This document shows, in pieces, positions 56,100 through 64,000 of a stretch of 64,000 nt of DNA. The DNA is taken from NCBI RefSeq assembly GCF_009914755.1, contig NC_060930.1. One strand, 5' to 3'. The notes under the pieces were generated by a model, which had not been told where the DNA came from, ran no database searches, and saw only the letters and a list, made by a program, of their open reading frames with translations. The stretch is from the human T2T-CHM13v2.0 reference genome, Homo sapiens. A program made the position numbers and the translations under genes. Each line of letters opens with the position of its first letter. The stretch's first letter is position 1.

Positions 56100-57320
56100 G
56101 AGAAATAATGATAAAATTAGATAATCACCTCTTAAAACTCCTAATAAGTAATTGATTTAGGTGCCAGTCACCAATGAATGATATGTCAATTGAAACTAGG
56201 TAGTTGCATGGGTCCCAGATATAGGCCCACAGATTACTTGCCAGTTATAAAGTGAAAAATATACTTAACAGTGAAATAATCTTAACCCATACCTCAAGTG
56301 ATCAAACTAGTGTCACTAACAGTAGGGAGCAATGTTATATTCTATGATTCCGGCTATGATATCAAGTACACAACTTTGTTTCTAAAATATTCCGTGAACA
56401 TATTTAATATGAATATTTACATGTATAAAGATATTAATCAAATCTTTAGCTAGATAACAGAAAATATAATGGAAAGAAGCAAATTAAAACACCAGGAAAG
56501 AGACAATAAGATAAATGAAAAATGTAGAACAATCTATAAAACAACTGGGCAGGATGCATCAGAAAGTTAATTACGTTAGGTTAAGAAAATACAGGGGAGT
56601 TTTCTAGATTAAAACAGAGAGATACAACCAAATGAAGACTGAGAACTTTAATTGGATCCTGGTCTAAAAAGACTGGCTTTAAAAAACTTTTTTGGTGTTA
56701 TTATTTGACATGTAATAGCTATACATATTTATGGGATAAGATGTGATATTTTGGTACATGTATACAATGTCTAATGATCAAATCTGGTAATTTGTATATC
56801 ATCCCAAACATTGATCATTTCTTTGTGTCTAGTCTTTTAGCTATTTTAAAATATACAATAAATTGTTGTTAATTATAGTCACTCTATAGCTCTATAGAGC
56901 ACTACAACTTATTCCTTTTATCTAGCTTTGCTTTTGTCTCCATTAACCAAACTTTGCTATCCCTTCCTCCTCAAATAAATTTTGAAAGCAAAACAATCAA
57001 TAACATGAAATTTGCGTAGAGAAGATTACATTATGTTAGAGTTTTTAAAAATGTTATCAAGTATTATAATGTTCATTTTTTATAGAGAAAGGTGCTTTTT
57101 TTAAGGAGATGCAGACTGAAGGATGTGGAAGTGAAATGTCATGATTCCTATAATCCACTTTCAAGGTTTAGGTTCAGGAAAACAGACAGAGATTAGATAT
57201 CTATATAAATAAATCATATGTGATAATGAGAACGCATGCTGAATCTAGGTGATCAGTACATACGTGCTCATTGTATTATTTCAATTTTACTATATGTTTG
57301 AAAATTTTCATAATAAAATA
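56100..57320 (+). mobile_element. Old L1MC/ME 3' region interrupted by an antisense L1MA 3' end (~56690-56970)
   Basis: aattggatcctggtc; ends tttgaaaattttcataataaaa; insert reads tacatatttatggg...catgtatacaatgtctaatgatcaaatc. Confidence 0.65.
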
Positions 57321-59234
57321 TCAATGAAAAAATCTCTTTCAGCATTTGCCCATCCAACAGCTCTCAGGGTTCTGGGTAAGAACTGATCCGAATGCACTTT
57401 TGCTATTCTGTCTCCTACCAGGGCTTTGTCATTTATTTTTTCTTGGAAAGAATGCAAGACAATTTCTAGGCCAGTATGTGCCTGTATCACTCATACCTGA
57501 GAAGTAATTCTTTCTTTATTCAGGTATAACATTGGACAAAAGAAAAAAAATTGAGAACAGGGGAAAGAAGTTTCCATTGTCTCTGAGGCCTTCCATAAGA
57601 GCGAATCAAGAACTGACCTTATTTCTCAGATCTGGATGTAAACATGTACTCTTTCTGCCTCCTGCATCTGTGACCTCACCATGCCCAGCATAAGCTTATG
57701 CTGACCCCAGAGTGTGGCAGTATTATTCCAACTCAGCAGTTTGAGGAGAGCTTCCTTTGAGGGTATTCTATCAATGATTCCATCTTTCCACTACCCAGGA
57801 AGGTCCTTCTCCACCCCCACCTCTTCATTCCTGAAATAAAAGCCATTGAATAGTTCAATCAGCTTCATTAGTTGGCTAGTGTCAAGGGCCATTATAATCT
57901 CTGCTGTGATTTGATGATATCTCTTCACTTTGTTATTTTTCAGCTCCTAATTGCACCCTATACTTTTGACATCTCTATTGGACTGATGTTAATGTCAAGT
58001 TGTTCTGATTCATGTGCTTCATTGAAATCTGGTACTGAGGCAGCTGAAATATGAATTGGTTGAAGACTTTTTGAAGTGCTCTAGCTACAAGCCTTTCTTT
58101 TTGACTTCTGTAGCACCTAGAAGTAGTTTTATTTTTGAGAAAAGAATAAATGCATATGAGTTTGAAATTGTACATGATGTTAAAAGTGCATCAACTTATG
58201 TTCAAATTAGAAAGGGAAGATATTAACAATACTTAATACTATGTAATTTTGGGAAAAATTAAAATAACTTAAAACAACTTTATAAGAGCAATACATGCTT
58301 ATGGACAGAAAACACACACATATATTCCCCAAATCCAAAATACAGAGGATCAAAGAAGAAAATAAAAATGAACCGCAAACACCTTCCCATTCATTAGGTT
58401 TTTGCTGTACAATCTGAGAGTTTTTCTTTGTGTAAAAATATCTACTTATTCATTTTTTATTAAAAAATGCAATGAGACAATGGACATTTGATTCAAACCT
58501 GTGTTAATTATACTATATGCCACAGGCTTCATGCCAGTAAATATAGATATTTATACTTTTTACAGTTTTGCTATATTTCATTCATCAGTAATTAAACAAT
58601 TTCATTTGTATGAACATTTATATCGTTTGAAAACTTTTCCTCGTCGTGTGTATGAAGCTACTCTTGGATCCTCGCCTAAGCCAACCACACAGCCAGCCAT
58701 TTTTCTAGTCCTGCTTTGCGAGACTCCAGCCCATTTCCTACCAAAATGATTTCTATGACAAATCCTTCAACATGTAAATTTGGGAAACACTAATAACAAA
58801 GTAAAGCAGTCTTAATTACTCATGGGATTCTTGGGGTTCTTAAGATAATCCCTGTGAGTCAACAAGAGGGACACATGGCAATCATCATTTCCCAAATCCA
58901 TTTCCTCACAGAGCATGTCAAGGACTTAATGTTCCATGGAAAACAATTTTAGAAATAGTATTTTGATCCCATGTCATCCTTGTTTATATTCCTTTCTATT
59001 TGGGTGTCCTGATGCCAACTCAAGTTCAAACTTTTTTTCTAATAGATTTATCATTTTTTAAATTACTAAATAATGAAAAAAGTTCACTTCAGTTAAAGAT
59101 GCATTTATTGGGTATCTACTTTGTGCCAGGTATTGTCTAAAGTAGCAGGGATAAAAATTATTCATAAGAAACTAAATTTATAAAATAGAGGAGCTCCTAG
59201 TGGAGCCTAATGATTCCTTAAGAACTTCAGTGGA

Positions 59235-59638
59235 TGGTAGGTTTGGATCTGTGTCCCCACCCATATCTCATGTTGAAATGTAATCTCCAGTGCTGGAGGT
59301 GGGGCCTGGTGGGAGGTGATTGGATCATGAAGGTGGCTTAGCACCATTCCCCTAGTGCTATTCTTGTGATAGAGTTCTCATGAGATCTGGTTGTTTAAAA
59401 GTGTGTAGCACCTTCCCACTCTCGCTCTTTCTCTGCTCCCAGCCATGTGAAGTGCCGGCTCCCCTTTCGCCTTCCACGATGATTCTAAGTTTCCTAAGGC
59501 CTCCCTAGAAGCCTAGCAGATACCAGAATAATGTTTGCTGTACAGCCTGCAGAACCATGAGTGAATTAAACCTCTTTTCTTTATAAATTACCCAGTCCCA
59601 GGTATTTCTTTTTTGCAATGCAAGGACAGACTAATACA
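59235..59638 (+). mobile_element. MST (A/B) MaLR solo LTR
   Basis: gtttggatctgtgtccccacccatatctcatgttgaaatgtaat ... aattaaacctcttttctttataaattacccagt...gactaataca. Confidence 0.9.
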
Positions 59639-59639
59639 A

Positions 59640-60001
59640 AGGACATTTAGTGTTTTGATGTCCCAGGTCTGGCCAATCAGACAGTCATAGTGTCTTGCAC
59701 ACAGAGACTCAAAGACAATCAGATGTAACTGGGGCTGTTGTTGTCACTGCTGATAAAGAGGTACACACTTTTTCCTCTGTATTTGAACCTGGGAGAAGCT
59801 GGCTAAGGGTCTGCTGACAGTGACTGTGTCCCAACCCAAAGACTGAGGGTCAAGTCAAATGGACAAGCACTGCACCAAAAGATGGAGGGCGGGTCCCGAT
59901 GAGTTCAATCCAGCTGGTTTTGATTCATGTGGGATTCAGTTACATGAGCCAATTTTGGTTGGGTTTTCTGTGACTTGCATCCAAGAGAGTCCTCACTAAT
60001 A
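59640..60001 (+). mobile_element. Older MLT1-type LTR fragment
   Basis: ttcagttacatgagccaat...gttgggttttctgtgacttgcatccaagagagtcctcactaata 3' end. Confidence 0.6.
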
Positions 60002-60942
60002 GAATACTGTTTTTTGCTTGCTAAAAATCATTCAAAATGTGTTAGGAAACTTTGTTGGCTGAGGATGAATATAATTAGGTATGAAGTCAAGTCCTTTTTA
60101 ATGATTTAGAAAAATGTAGTGTGAATCCTAAAAGTTGTTTTTTAACTCAATCTTTGATCTCAGCTTGCTTTCTTACAACTGACCTATTTTTTCCTAAAAG
60201 TGGAAGCACAATGAATTATGATGAAAGGTTTTGTTTAGGTTTGATTTTAGTTGACAGAAGTTTTACTGTGTATAACCATCTCAGTAAATGACCAAATAAC
60301 CTAGATAAGTTTAAGTCATATTTACTCGTTTCTCTTAAATTAAGAAAAGTATTGTTACTGATCCCACATAAGTCAGGTTTCACCAAAGCCTGAAGGAGTC
60401 CACTTGAAAAAGGGTTTACACAAGAGAAGTCTCTGATTCTGAACTCCCCAAGTATTCTTCTACATTAAACTAGAGCCCCTCAATAACCCTAACTTACTAG
60501 CATTTTGATTAACCATTAATTGTATGCATCCCATTTTGAGGGTCCTTCTGAATGAAAACCCACTTCCCCCTGTCAACTCTACCGAATTTCCATCAGAGTA
60601 GTTGACTATATTTTTAATCTCATTTGTGGTGTGAGTTTTTCTGTCTCCCTGCTGAAGGCTGAGACCCTCAGGCTATATCTCCCAAGTTCTAACTCAGTAT
60701 CTCTAGCGCCAACATACCATTTGTCCGTTGAAGCCTGGACTGGTCTTTTGCAGGCAGATTGGTCTAGAAATTTTTCAATAATAAATAAGGAATGGTAAGT
60801 TGTGCTCTTTGTCATCTCAAGTGAAACTGCTTTGCAAGTTTTAATTGTATTATTCAAATAACTGGAATAAATACATAATTATATGATCTAAGTCTATAAT
60901 ACTAGCTGGATAGGTCACAGGATAGCATCTTTCTAGATATGA

Positions 60943-61337
<395 letters not shown>

Positions 61338-62679
61338 GCAAAATATATTTTTCTTTATACTTGGTGGGCTATTCCTCGAAGGCAGAATTTCCCAAAGTAC
61401 ACTGTATGTGATATTAGCTTTTGGTCTGGTCAAGAGTGAAAGGGAACAATGATACCTATAAAATAGAGGACAAAGTATAACCTGTAATAAAAGAACGACA
61501 GCAGAGCAGATGGACTAAGGAAATACAAAAGGAGGTACTCAGGAGCCACTTAAGAAATTTTAACAATAACTTTTCTTCCTTTGAGAAATTTGACAATACA
61601 CAAATTTAGCCTTGGCTTTATTATTCCTTGCAAGTTGTATTTTAGGACAGTGTTAGACACACCATAATTTCAAAAGCAGAGATCGTAGAAACACAATTCT
61701 TATCAAGATTAATAAGCTAACTTTTCCAACAATGTTGTCCCTATTTCCATTTTATAAACATAAAAAGTTTGACCTTGTATAGGCAGTCTGAAATTCTTTT
61801 AAAAAACTGAGTATAAATAAATTTCATAAATGTGATAGTGGTCTATTTTGTTTAAAAAACATTAAAGAAATATTACACATTACAACATTACCAATTAACA
61901 CTTTAATTTACTCATCTGCAATTTCTGAGACATTATTTATTGAAAATTAATAGGCTGACAAAAAGCAGAACCAATACGCAGCAGGCACAACCAGTGACAA
62001 ATCTGAATGAATACTGATCAATCCAATTAATACCTGGGAAACTAAAATTAAATTAGTAAAATGCCTACTTGAGCTGGTTTATATAAGTTGGATAAGGTTA
62101 TTTGGAATTCATCAATATCTGTTTTTCTTACAAATCATGCGCTTATTTTTAGTGTCTGTCCTTAGGCCACTGAAGAAATGGAAGTGGCCATGTGAATCGT
62201 GAAGCATGCATTGAATGTATGCATGGGCAAGCGATTAGGAGAAACTGTCTTATTGTGGAAGGAAAGCACATGAAGTGCTTGTCAAACTTCATGAGACATT
62301 GCACCTAGAATGGTAGAAGATGCTGGTATTAGGATTTTATTGGAGTAATTTCAAGTCACATACTTGATTGGCTCTAATTCAATGAGTCTGATCTATCATT
62401 TAGTTTCCTTGGACTTGAGATAAATGACTTATGGTGTGTTCGAAGGTTTTGGTCATGGTTGTGCTTCCAAACATAAATAACACTGCATGGAAGCTTTTCT
62501 TGAAGTTTGATTTTATATCACTTCATTCCTGAGCATTAACTAGATCTCTCTTACCCTTATGCTTAAAGCCTCCTTCTTCTGGGTTATGGATGATAAGACA
62601 CATCACGATGGGAGGCCTGCTAGCTTCTGATCAGTTACTAAGAAAATTGATGTGTTTTAGTAGAAGGAGCATGGAGTTT

Positions 62680-63100
62680 CTTTCTCTTTGACTTAACTCA
62701 GACTGGGCCCCTCTCAGTCCTCTTTCTGACAAGGCTCTAATCTTGGGCTCTGCCCTTGGTCCAGTTATTCCAGTTTTAGCAAGAAGCCTGCTGAGTCAGT
62801 TTAGCAAAAATCCCCTACCCTCAGTCTGACCACCCTTGATACTGAATCACCCAGGCCTGCCTTCAGCAAAAATCCTGTGAGGTCACTTTAATACAATTGC
62901 CCTTCCTCTTAGTAATTTTCCATCCTCTGATACCCTACCCTGCTCCTTGGCTATAAATCCCCACTTTTCCTTATTGTTTTTGGACCTGAGCCCAGTCTCT
63001 CTCTCCTTCTATAATACAAAGCCCCATTGTGGTAGTCCTTCTTGGATGAAGTCTTCCTTACCATCTTTAATAAGTGTCACCAATAATTTTTCCTTTAATA
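62680..63100 (+). mobile_element. MER31-like ERV1 solo LTR
   Basis: ccagttttagcaagaa.cctgct.agtcagtttagc; cttagtaattttccatcc; ctgctccttggctataaat; ends aataatttttcctttaata. Confidence 0.8.
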
Positions 63101-63194
63101 AAAGCAAGGCATATTTCCACGGTGAGGCTGCCAGCTTCTGATTAGTTACTGAGAAAATCAGTGTGTTTTAGTAGAAAGAACATAAAGTTTGTGG

Positions 63195-63340
63195 TTCTAA
63201 GAACTGAACATACAAACTTTTCAATTAGGCAAGTCACTTAACTAGAGCTTCAGGTTTCTTGTGCGTAAATTTGGGCTAATGGTAACATTCTTCCAGGTTT
63301 TGTAAGGATTAAAGTCATGCATATAAAATTTCTTTGTAAA
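63195..63340 (+). mobile_element. MIR remnant
   Basis: ggcaagtcacttaact...ttcaggtttctt...ttgtaaggattaaa. Confidence 0.6.
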
Positions 63341-63599
63341 CTGGGAAGTAAGTCATACATTTTTGTTACTGTTAGTTAAAGCACTTTAACTTGCTTATCA
63401 CTCATAGACATTTACAGATCACATACTTCAAGATAAAATACGTTGCTTAAAGTCAACTAATGCAATACCCAAATTAAATTTAAACGTAACCCTCAATATT
63501 TCAAATACTTGAACACATTATTGAATTATATGTTATAGAAGCAAGAAAAAGAATCAACCTATTGGTGAAATGTGAGATGCAGGGTTACAGTTCGTTTCT

Positions 63600-63900
63600 C
63601 TCTTTTTTTTTTTTTTTTGAGATGGAGTCTCCCTCTGTCGTCTGGGCTGAAGTATGGTGGTGCGATCTCGGCTCACTGCAACCTCTGCCTCCTAGGTTCA
63701 AGCAATTCTCCTGTCTTAGCCTCCTGAATAGCTGGGATTACAGGCACACGCCATGACACTCAGTTAATTTTTGTATTTTTAGTAGAGATGGGGTTTCACC
63801 ATGTTGGTCAGGCTGGTCTTGAACTCCTGACCCCAGGTGATCCACCTGCCTTAGCCTCTCAAAGTGCTGGGATTACAGGAGGGAGCCACCACGCCAGGCC
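63600..63900 (-). mobile_element. AluS (Sx-like)
   Basis: Poly-T plus reverse Alu; diverged TSD ta(c/g)agtt(c/t)gtttct. Confidence 0.96.
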
Positions 63901-64000
63901 TAGAGTTTGTTTCTACATCTTGACAAAATAGTTGCTAAATCCAGGAAGGCCCAAGGAGAGGAGTCATCTCACTGTGAGCACCTTTTTTGGAAATGGCACA

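Overview
AT-rich primate (human or great-ape-like) intergenic/intronic DNA dominated by transposable elements: old and middle-aged LINE-1 copies, seven Alus, MaLR/ERV1 solo LTRs, DNA-transposon fossils (Tigger2a, Tigger3a, MER45, MER102, MER5A, MADE1), L2/MIR remnants, microsatellites and a 41-bp VNTR. I recognise no protein-coding gene; the long listed ORFs come from repeats. The best-supported unusual structure is a ~6.2-kb composite retrotransposition event (28410-34597). It is bounded by an exact 15-bp TSD, begins with an L1PA 5'UTR, and ends in an A-rich tail added at the poly(A) site of a THE1 LTR. This indicates an L1 3' transduction terminated by an LTR, with a foreign segment where the middle of ORF2 should be. 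Other oddities: a fold-back palindrome and a templated insertion inside an old L1, an ~85-bp direct repeat flanking a MER31 LTR, and a candidate minus-strand exon. I see no evidence for a new biological system. Subfamily names are from recalled consensus sequences, not a database search, and boundaries of old elements are approximate.
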